Of a stretch of 64,000 bases of DNA, positions 20,601 through 30,454 are shown piece by piece (position 1 is the first letter of the stretch; every line of letters begins with the position of its first letter). This stretch comes from Myxococcales bacterium. Its GTDB lineage: Bacteria > Myxococcota_A > Polyangia > Polyangiales > DASUME01. Where the stretch lies: the NCBI GenBank assembly GCA_047601445.1, contig JASGJH010000001.1:9120001-9184000 (forward strand), read 5' to 3'. A program made the position numbers and the translations under genes. The notes beneath the pieces were generated by a model that was not told where the DNA came from, made no database searches, and worked only from the letters and a program-made list of their open reading frames with translations.

Positions 20601-22198
20601 CCTTCACGGACGGCACCCAGCTCTCCTTGCTCGACGCCATGAAGACGCTGGCCGACGGTGTGAACCGCACGGACTTCGAGCTCGGGGTGGACGACCCCAA
20701 GAACTTCGAGGGCACCGACTTCCTCTTCTCCACGCTCGGCCAGGTGGTGGGACAGCACTACGACTCACCGGGGAATCCACTCGCGCAGAACACGGCTCCC
20801 AACGGGCCCTTCTACCGCAGTCTCACCAACATCGTGAGCTACGAGGACCTGATGGCGGACGCGCTGGACGACGGTTCCCTCGACGTCAATCAGCCAGCTC
20901 CCCACGAAGGCACCCTGTTCGACGGCGCGAACTTGCCGAGCGGGCCCAACCGGCAGCTGGGACTGATCTACCACTCCTATCCGCTGCTCGAGCTGTTCGA
21001 GACCTTGCAGGTAGGTGGCACCGACGCGCTGAGCTTCAGCGCCAAACTCGGCGAGCTGCTCTTGAACCCGCACGCGTCGTGCGCGCCAGACGGCGGCGAC
21101 CTGCGCGTGATCGACGGCAAGGGCGCCTGCGACGCGCTGGCTTCCGGGGTCACGCCGAGCCCGGATCGCTGCGACGGGGCCGCCGCCCGCCCCGAGGGCT
21201 ATCGCAAGCCGCTCACCTATCGTGATGGGCGCGCCACCATCTGCTGGAACGACGGCACCTGCTTCGACAAGCCGGGCGACTGCCGCTGGGCCAGCCCGCT
21301 CTATCTGGCGCTCGATGCGCTCGGGGGCATCGACGACCGTATCGGCGATAGCACCACGCTCAACGACGCTTTCGACGGCGCGCGCGCGGGCCTCTTCGAT
21401 ACGTACTTCTCGACGGACGACGCACAGCTCAAAGATCGGCGCCTGCGGGCCTTGCTCCTGGTGGGACTCGGCTACGTGCGCGAGCGCTGGGCCAAGGAAG
21501 CCGCCGCAGGGACCCTCGCGACGCTCGGGCCGGAGACGGTGCAGGACACCGTGGACCTCATCGAAGGGCCGGTGTTCGCGGGCGGCCTCGGGGTCGTGGA
21601 GCAGCTGAGTGCCAACGAACAGGCCACCGCCGCGCTGAACCGCTACGTGAACGCCGTGTTGGGCGGCGGGCAGAGCGACGCCCAGGTGCGCGCGCTGGTC
21701 GCTACCTTCGCCGACGTGCTCGAGCTGTTGCCGGGCGATCAAAACGTGCTCGCCCTGATGCACGTGATGGCCTCGAGCGTCCTCGCGAACCCGGACGCCA
21801 TCGTGGCCAGCGGCTGGCCCCAGAAGGCCGACGGCAGCGTGAGCTCGCCGACCGAGGTGCTGCAGAGCGGCATGATCTGGCGCAGCCTGGACCTCATGCG
21901 AGAGGTCTCGAACAAGGACTCGCGTCGCGTGCTCGATCGCGTGTTGAACAACGTGGTGGCGCTGCCGGGTTATGGGACGAGCGAAGAACGCGCGGCTCCC
22001 ATGGTGGAGCTCTACGACGTGCTGCTGGCGATCAACCGACCCGTCCCTGGCGCGCACGGTAGTCTGAGCAGCCAAGATTGGGCTCAGGTGTTCAACAGCA
22101 TCGCGGACGTGATGCTCGACGAGCGCCGTGGGTTCGAGCGTCTCTACGAGATCGTGCAGTGCCGCAACGGCTCCACCGACAAGGTGAAGTGCGAGTGA
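17636..22198 (+). CDS. Giant (~1520 aa) lipoprotein of unknown function with Cys-rich centre
   Basis: Long ORF with strong GC3 bias; lipobox LSAC; DEDRDGLAD Ca-binding-like loop; start 17636 or 17648. Confidence 0.85.
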   Translation: MRFSMWRSAPRKGARLGSARDGFTVLACVVSLVGLSACKPEFEPLSDERSARGSLGEEVYKALCRRVAGTEMPDDLDGRETEVLCLHSASEAEQELANRPGAFPPRLVALAQRRARIVRAVDDTLPVGVGDELELLMRQLLPFYDPPEERIQNNTRAFAALLRKIAADSNALEALQRVARDGMLSREGSFGLYRGLLSYDELNGLFSALLPVLTQDASVRPYFETTLVGMALELATSELDDAPDSDTRLMKDLLSRTHPEFGSGRALFVTKRDVRGMPLPTAVDGQAVPFPFVDEDRDGLADVAGAEFVVDGRFGRDLPEPFAEISEQGVARDEAGRACALQADGTPECARTLYQTQDADLTMLSGALREAAKLFDGQSQTAVHVARLVPAIFGDRVEHPEVYGKATLKYSAPDTSKSPIVDLVHASTAVLDRPLYEQSLELTQTLVDEHEAVLVEALNPLLALERRTRTQGDAYPGAKLAKDSTFWDQLLFEAERISRRRKTADGPTLLELLLRGALGYARNPSNGGVVERVIDPNVLKHQGALIATLMRYKDEWRNNPLGESKRAPSDPRTIGSFRIPVDRSPGAKDSPATCGKDGCGGVIDGSPFERWKTSPTQNCMVQREGRPVTGKDCGAPSNQSILQRSMGLIWEMAGRSQCNKAISLGDLLDFAVLKDPCQNLESSLCTPGNNDCACAVDADCKAIFGGNDFACDTSANRCIAKAESDSCKALKQQQRADRQKQIDNAENKVFKDYACPKDQPAAFCNGMADADKYPAAFYDPDGPVNGVPSTLLECHLINLPDVGRSFGRALSHEFTIDIPNPWMKRYLTDVALAKNPGRPDCANDFRITNPYEDPGCVTSSAKLSREVYTEMTYERVHELGQLIAWLMDDSSLFTNSKDSQELRPEVAALTRVLFAPPGSSSFLMFDPLLIRGAPAACQPGGNIPECTLDDSMGKLGETCCIADLKAPPFRYRLDTYYGATSFAWEHPVTFTDGTQLSLLDAMKTLADGVNRTDFELGVDDPKNFEGTDFLFSTLGQVVGQHYDSPGNPLAQNTAPNGPFYRSLTNIVSYEDLMADALDDGSLDVNQPAPHEGTLFDGANLPSGPNRQLGLIYHSYPLLELFETLQVGGTDALSFSAKLGELLLNPHASCAPDGGDLRVIDGKGACDALASGVTPSPDRCDGAAARPEGYRKPLTYRDGRATICWNDGTCFDKPGDCRWASPLYLALDALGGIDDRIGDSTTLNDAFDGARAGLFDTYFSTDDAQLKDRRLRALLLVGLGYVRERWAKEAAAGTLATLGPETVQDTVDLIEGPVFAGGLGVVEQLSANEQATAALNRYVNAVLGGGQSDAQVRALVATFADVLELLPGDQNVLALMHVMASSVLANPDAIVASGWPQKADGSVSSPTEVLQSGMIWRSLDLMREVSNKDSRRVLDRVLNNVVALPGYGTSEERAAPMVELYDVLLAINRPVPGAHGSLSSQDWAQVFNSIADVMLDERRGFERLYEIVQCRNGSTDKVKCE

Positions 22199-22211
22199 TG
22201 GCGATCTAGCA

Positions 22212-23387
22212 TCAGCCCTTGAGCGCGTTCAGCACGGCCGCCACCAGGCCCAATACGATGGCCACCAGCGTCGCGCGCACGAGCATGCTCTTACGCTTGC
22301 GGCTGGCCTCGAGGCTCGCGGCCTCGGCGTCGAGGTCGTGGGTGAGCGCGTCGCGCATGGCGGCTCGCTCGATGCGGCCGGTCTCGTTCTCGCGGGTCCA
22401 CAGTTCCGGGCGCTGGTCGATGCGCGGCGATAGTTTGGCGTCGGCGCACAGGTCGCTCACGTAGCCGCCGACCTCGCGGGCCTTCACTGCGGTGCCCTCC
22501 GAGATGAGGAAGCGCTCCAGGGCGGACTGCAGCTCGAGTGCCGTGCCGTAGCGCTGGTCGCGGTTCTTCTCGAGGGCCTTGGCGATCACGTCGTCGAGAC
22601 CGCGCGGCACGCCCCGGCGGTACACGCTGGCGCGGGGGGCCGGATCGTCGGAGACGATGGCGCCCATGGTCTCGTACTCACTCGAGCGATGAAAGAGCGC
22701 CAGCCCGGTGACGGCCTCGTACATGCAGGCACCGAGCGAGAACACATCGGCACGGCCGTCGAGTTCGAGTCCCTGGTACTGTTCGGGTGACATATAGGCG
22801 AACTTGCCCTTGAGCATGCCGGCCTCCGTGCGCACCCGCTGGGAGGCGGCCTTGGCGACTCCGAAGTCCAGCAGCTTCACCTTGCCGTCGAAGCTCACCA
22901 TGATGTTGTCGGGCGTGACGTCGCGGTGCACCAGGCGCAGGGGCTCGCCCTCGCCGCCTACGGCGTTGTGGGCATAGTGCAGGGCGTCGGCGATCTCCGC
23001 CGCGACGCGGGCCACCACGTTCGGCGGCAGTCCCGACTCGTTGCGCTCGAACAGGCGCTTGTGCATCTGGGTGATGGAGACCCCCTGCACCCACTCCATG
23101 GCGATGAAGTACTCCCCGTCTTGCTCGCCGAACTCGTAGATGGTGCACAGATTCGGATGGTTCAGGCCCATCGCGAGCTCGGCCTCGTGCAGGAACATCT
23201 CCACGAAGCGGGGATCGTCAGCCACGTGCGGCAGGATGCGCTTGACCACCACGGCGCGCGTTCCGCGTCCCGGGCCGCGTTCACGCGCGAGGAAAATTTC
23301 CGCCATACCACCGAGGGCCAGACGACCGAGGATCTCGAAGCGACCGAAGTTCGCGATGGCTGGGAGTGACAGGGGCGAGATGGACAC
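22212..23387 (-). CDS. Hanks-type Ser/Thr protein kinase with C-terminal TM anchor
   Basis: LALGGMAEIF, VVVKRI, HRDVTPDN, DFGVAK, GKFAYMSPEQ, DVFSLG. Confidence 0.95.
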   Translation of the reverse strand: MSISPLSLPAIANFGRFEILGRLALGGMAEIFLARERGPGRGTRAVVVKRILPHVADDPRFVEMFLHEAELAMGLNHPNLCTIYEFGEQDGEYFIAMEWVQGVSITQMHKRLFERNESGLPPNVVARVAAEIADALHYAHNAVGGEGEPLRLVHRDVTPDNIMVSFDGKVKLLDFGVAKAASQRVRTEAGMLKGKFAYMSPEQYQGLELDGRADVFSLGACMYEAVTGLALFHRSSEYETMGAIVSDDPAPRASVYRRGVPRGLDDVIAKALEKNRDQRYGTALELQSALERFLISEGTAVKAREVGGYVSDLCADAKLSPRIDQRPELWTRENETGRIERAAMRDALTHDLDAEAASLEASRKRKSMLVRATLVAIVLGLVAAVLNALKG

Positions 23388-23540
23388 GAGGCGAGGCTCG
23401 ATTGTACGCCGGTCAGCGGACCGTGTGGGGAGCGAGGAGGACTATGTGCCGAAATTTGGCGACGCCGATCCAGGTGTGCGTAGGGTCCGGGTACGACGCT
23501 GAACAGGATTGTAGGCGCGAGTGACGACGAGGAGGCCGAG

Positions 23541-24401
23541 ATGGTGGCGCGGGCAGAGGCAGAGCTGGGTCTAGAGGACGAGACCGTGAAGACGGAGGCA
23601 GAGCTGCTCGACGTGCTCTACGAAGTGCTGGCTCAGGGTGTTCCGGCCGGTAGCAAGCTTACGAGCGCGGACGTGGAGCGCTTCCTCCACGAGCACGCGC
23701 GCAGCCGCAAGAGCTCGGCCGAGATGCTGGCTTTCTTCGAGCAGCACGGCCTGCCGACCAGCGCCGGGGACTACGGCGCGGACCCCGAGCTCAGCCAGCT
23801 AGCCAGCGGCCTGCACCGCGAGCGCATGGTGTCGCCGGTGTCTCCTCTGGACGCCGACTTCGGTGCCCTCTCGGATGCGCGGGCTTCCGCCGGGCCGATG
23901 GACCTCAACCCGCCCCACGAGAGCGGACCCGTACGCAAGGCCCTGCCCGCGACCGACCGGGTCGGTGACCAGGCCGGCGCCATCGAAGACGGCTCGACGG
24001 TGCGTGCCCGCGTGGGCGCGCCCGCCAAGGCTCAGCGCGGGCTCCTGATCGCCATGGCCGTGGTGGCCCTCGGGTCCCTGGTGGGCTTCGCCCTCAGCTT
24101 CAAACACGAGACCGACCTGGAGGATGAGCTCAAGCGCGCCCATCTCCAACTGCGTGCCACCGACTATGCTTTGTCAGCTCTCGAACAACGCGCCGAGGGG
24201 CTGCGCGGTGCACTGACCCAGAGCGAAGCCGAGCGGGCAGCCCTGGCCGGTCGCTTCGACAGCTTCGCCGCCGAGACGCGGCGTGAGCACGAGGCCGAGG
24301 AGGAAGTCCTCAAGCGCATGCTGGGCAAGCGTTACGAAGCGCTGCGCACGCAGGCGCTGGCCGCCCCCTCGACGTCGGCCGGCACGCCCAGCACACCCTG
24401 A
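23541..24401 (+). CDS. Hypothetical membrane protein with one TM helix and C-terminal coiled coil
   Basis: GAGGAGG RBS; GLLIAMAVVALGSLVGFAL; heptad-rich tail. Confidence 0.7.
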   Translation: MVARAEAELGLEDETVKTEAELLDVLYEVLAQGVPAGSKLTSADVERFLHEHARSRKSSAEMLAFFEQHGLPTSAGDYGADPELSQLASGLHRERMVSPVSPLDADFGALSDARASAGPMDLNPPHESGPVRKALPATDRVGDQAGAIEDGSTVRARVGAPAKAQRGLLIAMAVVALGSLVGFALSFKHETDLEDELKRAHLQLRATDYALSALEQRAEGLRGALTQSEAERAALAGRFDSFAAETRREHEAEEEVLKRMLGKRYEALRTQALAAPSTSAGTPSTP

Positions 24402-24454
24402 ACATCCGGGCGAACCGCTTTGGCTGAAGTTCACCGTCGCGCTAGTCTCAGCGG

Positions 24455-26605
24455 GTGACGGTTCCTTTTCCTGAGACCTATCAAACCGACGCTGGTGTCC
24501 GCGTTCGTCGGGTGATCGAAGATATCGACGGGACACGCAGCATCGAACAGCTCGCGACGGACCTCGACGTTCGCCGCGGGGCGCTGCTTACTTCGAGCTA
24601 CGAGTACCCCGGCCGTTACACCCGTTGGGATCTCGGGTTCGTGGACCCACCGCTGATGTTGTGGGCCAAGGAGCGCGAGGTCTGGATCGAGGCGCTCAAC
24701 GCACGCGGCGAGGTGCTGCTGCCCGCCTGCGAGCGCGCCTTGCGCGACCTCCCGGCCATCGCCGCCATCGAGCGGCAGAGCAGCGCCAAGCTGCGCGTGC
24801 AGGTGGTGGAGCCCAGCGGCACGTTCACGGAGGAGCAGCGCACGCGTTTGCCCAGCGTGTTCAGCGTCCTGCGTGCCCTCTTGGCAGCCTTCCACAGCAC
24901 CCGCGATAGCCACCTGGGTCTCTACGGGGCCTTCGGCTACGACCTCACGTTCCAGTTCGACCCCGTCCGACGCAAGCTGCAGCGTCCGGCCGACCACCGC
25001 GATCTCGTGCTCTTCGTGCCCGACGAGCTCTACGTGGTCGACCACATGCGCGAGACCGCCCAGCTCATCCGCTACGACTTCGAGGTGGATGGGCGCTCGA
25101 CCGTGGGCTTGCCGCGCACCGGTCCGCGTGAGGCCTATCAGGCCGCGGGCTCCGTGGAGCGCGAGTGCGACCACGAGCTCGGCCAGTACGAACAGGTGGT
25201 CGGCAAGGCCAAGGAGGCCTTCGCGCGCGGCGACTTGTTCGAGGTGGTCCCGGGACAGACCTTCTTCCGCGCCTGCAAGAAGCGCCCGAGCCAGGTCTTT
25301 CGCAGGCTGCGCAAGACCAACCCGGCGCCCTACGGCTTCTTCGTCAACCTGGGCAACGCAGAGTATCTGGTGGGCGCCTCGCCCGAGATGTTCGTGCGGG
25401 TCAACGGGGAGCGCGTGGAGACGTGCCCCATCTCGGGCACCATCGCTCGTGGTGGCGATGCCATCGCCGACGCGCGCCAGATCCTGGCCCTGTTGAACTC
25501 CCCCAAGGAGGCGTCCGAGCTCACCATGTGCACGGACGTGGACCGCAACGATAAGTCGCGCGTCTGCCGCCCCGAGAGCGTGCGCGTGATCGGGCGCCGG
25601 CAAATCGAGATGTACTCCAAGCTGATTCACACGGTGGATCACGTGGAGGGCATGTTGCGACCCGGCTACGACGCGCTCGACGCCTTCGTCACGCACACCT
25701 GGGCGGTCACCGTCACGGGGGCGCCGAAGCTGTGGGCCATGCAGTTCATCGAGGACCACGAGCAGAGCGTGCGCGCCTGGTATGGCGGCGCCGTGGGCAA
25801 GCTCGGGTTCGACGGGGCACTCAACACCGGCCTCACCCTGCGCACCATTCGCCTCAAGGGGGGCGTGGCCCAGGTGCGCGCCGGCGCGACTCTGCTGTAC
25901 GACTCCGATCCTGCCTCCGAGGAGCGCGAGACACGCCTCAAGGCTTCCGCACAGCTCGAAGCCATCGAGCTCGACGACGTGGCGCCCTCACGGGTGGACC
26001 TGGTGAGCGGCTATCCGGGCGCTCGGAAGCGGGTGTTGCTCGTCGACCATCAGGACTCCTTCGTGCACACACTGGCGGGCTATTTCCGTCGCACGGGTGC
26101 CGAAGTCATCACCTTGCGCAACGGCTTCGATCCGTCCGAATTCGATCGCATCGCGCCGAACCTGGTGGTGATGTCTCCCGGTCCCGGCTCGCCGCGCGAT
26201 TTCGACACCGCAGGCACCATCGGTCAGGCGCTCCAGCGCAAGCTGCCCATCTTCGGGGTATGTCTCGGGCTCCAGGCCTTGATCGAGTATTTCGGCGGGG
26301 AGCTCGGCGTGCTCAGCTACCCCATGCACGGTAAGCCGTCCGAGGTCACCGTGCTCGGGGGAAGCCTGTTCAAGGGCATTCCTCCCACCTTCATCGCGGG
26401 GCGCTACCACTCGCTCCATGCCCTGCGCGTGCCGGACGAGCTGGTCGTCACGGCCCGCGCGGACGAACCCAACGTCGTGATGGCCATCGAGCATCGCGAG
26501 TTGCCCATCGCCGCCGTGCAGTTCCATCCCGAGTCCATCCTCACGGCCGATGGCGACCGTGGACTCGGCATCATTCACAACTGCGTGCGCAGTCTCGCGA
26601 CCTGA
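24455..26605 (+). CDS. trpEG: Fused anthranilate synthase components I+II
   Basis: LTSSYEYPGRYTRWD, GASPEMFV, TVTGAPK, then GATase domain DHQDSFVHTL, SPGPG, GVCLG, QFHPES. Confidence 0.95.
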   Translation: MTVPFPETYQTDAGVRVRRVIEDIDGTRSIEQLATDLDVRRGALLTSSYEYPGRYTRWDLGFVDPPLMLWAKEREVWIEALNARGEVLLPACERALRDLPAIAAIERQSSAKLRVQVVEPSGTFTEEQRTRLPSVFSVLRALLAAFHSTRDSHLGLYGAFGYDLTFQFDPVRRKLQRPADHRDLVLFVPDELYVVDHMRETAQLIRYDFEVDGRSTVGLPRTGPREAYQAAGSVERECDHELGQYEQVVGKAKEAFARGDLFEVVPGQTFFRACKKRPSQVFRRLRKTNPAPYGFFVNLGNAEYLVGASPEMFVRVNGERVETCPISGTIARGGDAIADARQILALLNSPKEASELTMCTDVDRNDKSRVCRPESVRVIGRRQIEMYSKLIHTVDHVEGMLRPGYDALDAFVTHTWAVTVTGAPKLWAMQFIEDHEQSVRAWYGGAVGKLGFDGALNTGLTLRTIRLKGGVAQVRAGATLLYDSDPASEERETRLKASAQLEAIELDDVAPSRVDLVSGYPGARKRVLLVDHQDSFVHTLAGYFRRTGAEVITLRNGFDPSEFDRIAPNLVVMSPGPGSPRDFDTAGTIGQALQRKLPIFGVCLGLQALIEYFGGELGVLSYPMHGKPSEVTVLGGSLFKGIPPTFIAGRYHSLHALRVPDELVVTARADEPNVVMAIEHRELPIAAVQFHPESILTADGDRGLGIIHNCVRSLAT

Positions 26606-26619
26606 GTGAGGGAAGGGAG

Positions 26620-27642
26620 CTAGGCGTTCGAGCGCTGGATCCAGCGCTCAAGCACGTCTTGGGCGCGCTTCTCGTCGATGGTGCGAGCCGCCAGGGCCAC
26701 GCCTTCCTTGAGGTTCTGCACCTTGTCGGCCACGAGCAGGGCAGCGGCCGCGCTCATCAGGGTCATGTCGCGTGGAGCGCCGCGTTCGGTGCCGGAGATG
26801 ACCGCACGCACCAGCTCGGCGGCATGGTCGAGATCGCGTGCCACCACGGCGTCGCGTGGAGCACGCGAGAGTCCGAGCTCCTCCGGCGTCACGCGCTCGG
26901 CGCGCAGGCCTTCCGGCGTGACGTGCACTAGGTCCGTGGGAGCCGAGATGGAGAGCTCATCGAGGCCGTCTTCGGAGTGCATGACGATGGCGCGGCTCGC
27001 TCCCAGCGCGCGCAGTGCGCCTGCGATGGGCTTCAAGAAGCGAGCATCGTAGACACCCATGACCTGACGCTTCGCTCCAACCGGATTGGTGAGCGGCCCG
27101 AGCAGGTTGAACAGGGTCGGGATGCCGAGCGCCAGCCGCACGGGCATCACGTTCTTGATCGCCGGGTGGTGGTGAACGGCGTAGCAGAAACAGATCCCGA
27201 GCTCGTCGAGGCAGGCCGCCTGGGTCGCACGGTCAGCGTCCACTTGAATGCCGACCACGCGCAGGGCCTCCGCCGACCCGCGGCCCGTCCGTGACCGGTT
27301 GCCGTGCTTGGCCACCTTGGCGCCCGCCGCTGCCGCCACGATGGCAGCCGTGGTGGAGACGTTGAAGGTCTTGGGAGCGCCTCCCGTGCCGCAGGTGTCC
27401 ACCAGCTGCTCCGGGTCCGTCCGGGCAGGCACACGCTCCACGTGCTCTCGCATCACCAGCGCCGCACCGAGGATCTCCTCGGAGGTCGGGATACGCGTGG
27501 CGAGCACCCCCAAGAAGGCCCCCACCTCGGCTGGCCCGGCATTGCCCGCCATGATGCACTCGAAGGCTTCGCGGCTCTCGTCGGCGGTCAGGGTACGGTG
27601 GCCGATCAGGATCTTGAGCGCCTGGGTAACACTGTTGGACAT
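26620..27642 (-). CDS. trpD: Anthranilate phosphoribosyltransferase
   Basis: DTCGTGG..TFNVST, KHGNRS, FNLLGPLTNP, DGLDELS. Confidence 0.93.
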   Translation of the reverse strand: MSNSVTQALKILIGHRTLTADESREAFECIMAGNAGPAEVGAFLGVLATRIPTSEEILGAALVMREHVERVPARTDPEQLVDTCGTGGAPKTFNVSTTAAIVAAAAGAKVAKHGNRSRTGRGSAEALRVVGIQVDADRATQAACLDELGICFCYAVHHHPAIKNVMPVRLALGIPTLFNLLGPLTNPVGAKRQVMGVYDARFLKPIAGALRALGASRAIVMHSEDGLDELSISAPTDLVHVTPEGLRAERVTPEELGLSRAPRDAVVARDLDHAAELVRAVISGTERGAPRDMTLMSAAAALLVADKVQNLKEGVALAARTIDEKRAQDVLERWIQRSNA

Positions 27643-27656
27643 GGACGTCAGGTCTA

Positions 27657-28583
27657 CTACGCGAGTTGCTGGTTGAGCCAATCGAGCAAGTCGTGGGTCA
27701 CTTCGTCCCGATTGGTCTCGTTGGTTAGCTCATGGCGGGCGCCCTGGTAGAGCCGCACGGTGACCGACTTCATGCCCGCGTCCTCATAGGCTTTACGGAG
27801 CTTGCGGATGCCGGCTAGCTTGTTGTTCACGGGGTCCTGCTCACCGCTCATCACGTAGACGGGCAGGGTCTTGGGCATACGCGCGATCTGGCTGGGGGTG
27901 CAGATCTCGGCCAGTCCGGTCATGACGTCGTGCCAAAGCTGGTTCGAGCACTGGAATCCGCAGAACGGGTCGGCCACGTACTTATCGACCTCGGCGGGGT
28001 CCCGGCTGAGCCAGTCGCAGGGCGTGCGCGGGTTCTCGAACTGCTTGTTGAAGGCCTCGAAGGTGAGCTTGCTGATGAGGCCGCTCGTGCCGCGCTTACC
28101 AAGCCGCAAGTTCTCGGCCCCGATGATCATCCGCAGGCTCTTGTAGACCGTGGGCGAGTCATGGCCGGTGCCGGACAGCACCAAAGCCCGGTACTCGTCC
28201 CCGTGCCGTAGGGCCGCGCCGCGCGCGATGTAGGAACCCATGCTGTGCCCAAACAGGACCACGGGCAGCCCCGGGTGGCGCGACTTGATCTCCTCCGTGA
28301 GGACCTGCTGGTCGTCCACTACCTTTTCCCAGCCGTCGCTGTCGGCAAAGTAGCCCAGCGCCGAGGGGGCGGGCGCGGTGTGGCCGTGCCCTCGGTGATC
28401 ATTGGCGTACACGGCGATGCCCTGAGCCGTGAGTGACTCGGCCAGGCGGGCGTAGCGGGCCGAATGCTCGGCCATACCGTGGGATAGCTGGAGGACCGCC
28501 CGAGCTGGTCGGTCGGGTACAAACACCCTCACGAAAATGGGGGTTCCGTCGCGGGCCGGAAGCCTGAAGTCGCTCGCTTGCAT
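27657..28583 (-). CDS. Alpha/beta hydrolase (lysophospholipase/monoacylglycerol lipase type)
   Basis: HGMAEHSARY, DHRGHG, GHSMG nucleophile, GEQDPV, ARHEL. Confidence 0.9.
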   Translation of the reverse strand: MQASDFRLPARDGTPIFVRVFVPDRPARAVLQLSHGMAEHSARYARLAESLTAQGIAVYANDHRGHGHTAPAPSALGYFADSDGWEKVVDDQQVLTEEIKSRHPGLPVVLFGHSMGSYIARGAALRHGDEYRALVLSGTGHDSPTVYKSLRMIIGAENLRLGKRGTSGLISKLTFEAFNKQFENPRTPCDWLSRDPAEVDKYVADPFCGFQCSNQLWHDVMTGLAEICTPSQIARMPKTLPVYVMSGEQDPVNNKLAGIRKLRKAYEDAGMKSVTVRLYQGARHELTNETNRDEVTHDLLDWLNQQLA

Positions 28584-28646
28584 TGTTGCGCATGGTAGCC
28601 GCACGACGGGGCAGGGTGTCGTACAATTCGTGGTGAGGTCTCTCGG

Positions 28647-30311
28647 GTGAAGCTGCGCGAAAGCAATCTGGTCAAGCTCGGTCAGCGGCAGTTCGACGTG
28701 CTCATTGTCGGGGGCGGCATCAACGGGGCGGTCAGCGCCGCGGCGCTCAGCGCACAGGGAGCCAAGGTCGCCCTGATCGACCGCGACGACTTCGCGGGCT
28801 TCACCAGCCAGGAAAGCTCCAACCTGGTGTGGGGCGGCATCAAGTACCTGGAGAGCTTCGAGTTCCTGCTCGTCCGCAAACTGTGCCTCTCGCGCAACCG
28901 CTTGCTGCGCGCGTACCCGTCGAGCATCCGCGAGATCCGCTTCTTCACCACGCTCGAAAAGACCTTCCGGAAGAGCCGTTTCTTGGTGTGGTTGGGGGCG
29001 GTCCTCTACTGGTTCATCGGCAATTTTTTCACGCGTCCACCACGTTTGCTGTCGGTGGCCGACATCGATCGCGAGGAGCCGGTGGTGCGCACGCAGGGCA
29101 CCCAGGGGGGCCTCGAGTACTCCGATGCCTACCTGGTCGACAACGACGCGCGCTTCGTCTTCAACTTCGTACGCAGCGCCATCAACTGCGGCGGCATCGT
29201 GGCCAATTACGTCACGTCGCTCGGCGCCACGCGCGAGGCCGACGGGCTCTGGCACTGTCATGCGCGTGACACGGTGGGCGGACGCGAACTCACGATTCGC
29301 GCCAAGATCCTGATCAACGCCTGCGGCCCCTTCGTCGACGCGCACAATCGGTCCACGGGCGTGACCACCCAGCATCGCCACGTGTTCTCGCGCGGCATCC
29401 ACCTGATCGTGAACTCTCTGACGCCGTCGCGGCGCGTGCTGACCTTCTTCGCCGACGACGGCCGCTTGTTCTTCGTGATCCCGATGGGCAACAAGAGCTG
29501 CATCGGCACCACGGACACGCGCGAAGAGCAGTTGCCAGCCCACGTGCACGAGGAAGACCGGCGCTTCGTGCTGGAGAACATCAACAAGCGGCTGAACCTT
29601 CAGACACCGCTCCGCGAAGCCGACGTCCTCGCCGAGCGCTGCGGCGTGCGACCTCTGGTGGTGCAGAACAGCGGCAACGGCGCCGGTGAGGCGGACTGGC
29701 TGACCCTCTCGCGCAAGCACGAGGTGGAGGTCGACCGCGTGCGCTCGCACATCAGCATTTTCGGCGGGAAGCTCACGGATTGCTTGAACGTTGGCGAAGA
29801 GATCGCCGAGCTGGTGCGGCAACTCGGGGTCGCCTTGCCCTATGCCAATCACCGCTGGTACGGCGAGCCGCCGGACGAGGTGCGCGACGAGTTCTTCCAC
29901 CAGGCCCGCCTGATGGACCTGGACGCGATGACCGCGAGCGAGTCGTCCGAGCCACTATCGACGCGTATTTGGCGACGCTACGCGGAGAGCGGTCTGCGCT
30001 TGCTCGAGGACATCCGCGCCGATCCGTCGATGGCCGAGGTGCTGATCCGCGGCACCGAGTACATCCGCGGCGAGCTCTATCACGCCGCGCGACGCGAGAT
30101 GATCACCAAGCTCTCCGACTTCCTGCGGCGGCGCTCCAAGATCGCCTTGATCGCCAACACGGCGACTATCCGAGAAGCTCCAGGGCTGTTCGAGGCCTGT
30201 CGCATCCTCTTCGGGGACGAGGCCGAGTCCAAGTTCATGGAGTACTTTGGCGAGCGGCCAAGCCTCGAGGTGATCCGCGATTCGGTGCGACCTGCGAGTC
30301 CGCTCGGTTAG
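28647..30311 (+). CDS. glpD: FAD-dependent glycerol-3-phosphate dehydrogenase/oxidase
   Basis: DVLIVGGGING, SSNLVWGGIKYLE, INACGPFVD, GTTD, GVRPL, GGKLT. Confidence 0.88.
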   Translation: MKLRESNLVKLGQRQFDVLIVGGGINGAVSAAALSAQGAKVALIDRDDFAGFTSQESSNLVWGGIKYLESFEFLLVRKLCLSRNRLLRAYPSSIREIRFFTTLEKTFRKSRFLVWLGAVLYWFIGNFFTRPPRLLSVADIDREEPVVRTQGTQGGLEYSDAYLVDNDARFVFNFVRSAINCGGIVANYVTSLGATREADGLWHCHARDTVGGRELTIRAKILINACGPFVDAHNRSTGVTTQHRHVFSRGIHLIVNSLTPSRRVLTFFADDGRLFFVIPMGNKSCIGTTDTREEQLPAHVHEEDRRFVLENINKRLNLQTPLREADVLAERCGVRPLVVQNSGNGAGEADWLTLSRKHEVEVDRVRSHISIFGGKLTDCLNVGEEIAELVRQLGVALPYANHRWYGEPPDEVRDEFFHQARLMDLDAMTASESSEPLSTRIWRRYAESGLRLLEDIRADPSMAEVLIRGTEYIRGELYHAARREMITKLSDFLRRRSKIALIANTATIREAPGLFEACRILFGDEAESKFMEYFGERPSLEVIRDSVRPASPLG

Positions 30312-30425
30312 CTGGCCTTTCAAACATGCTTCGAACGACAGTGCGAGATTGCAGCAATGAAAGCAAAACGGGCTTTCTGCGCCGTCCGCTGAACGAAATC
30401 CTCAAGCTTTTCGCGAGCGCGGATG

Positions 30426-30442
30426 TTGGCCTGGTTCTAGCT
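30426..30442 (+). promoter_or_regulatory. Sigma54-type -24/-12 promoter
   Basis: TTGGCCTGGTTCTAGCT: GG 30428-29 and GC 30440-41 separated by exactly 10 nt; no + strand CDS follows. Confidence 0.55.
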
Positions 30443-30454
30443 ATGTAGGCTTCC

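Noticed and set aside
27657..29900. 747-aa version of the hydrolase (also the extended urtD, dusC, ACAD and rpsU ORFs)
   Set aside because: Upstream parts overlap neighbouring genes; family homology begins at internal starts
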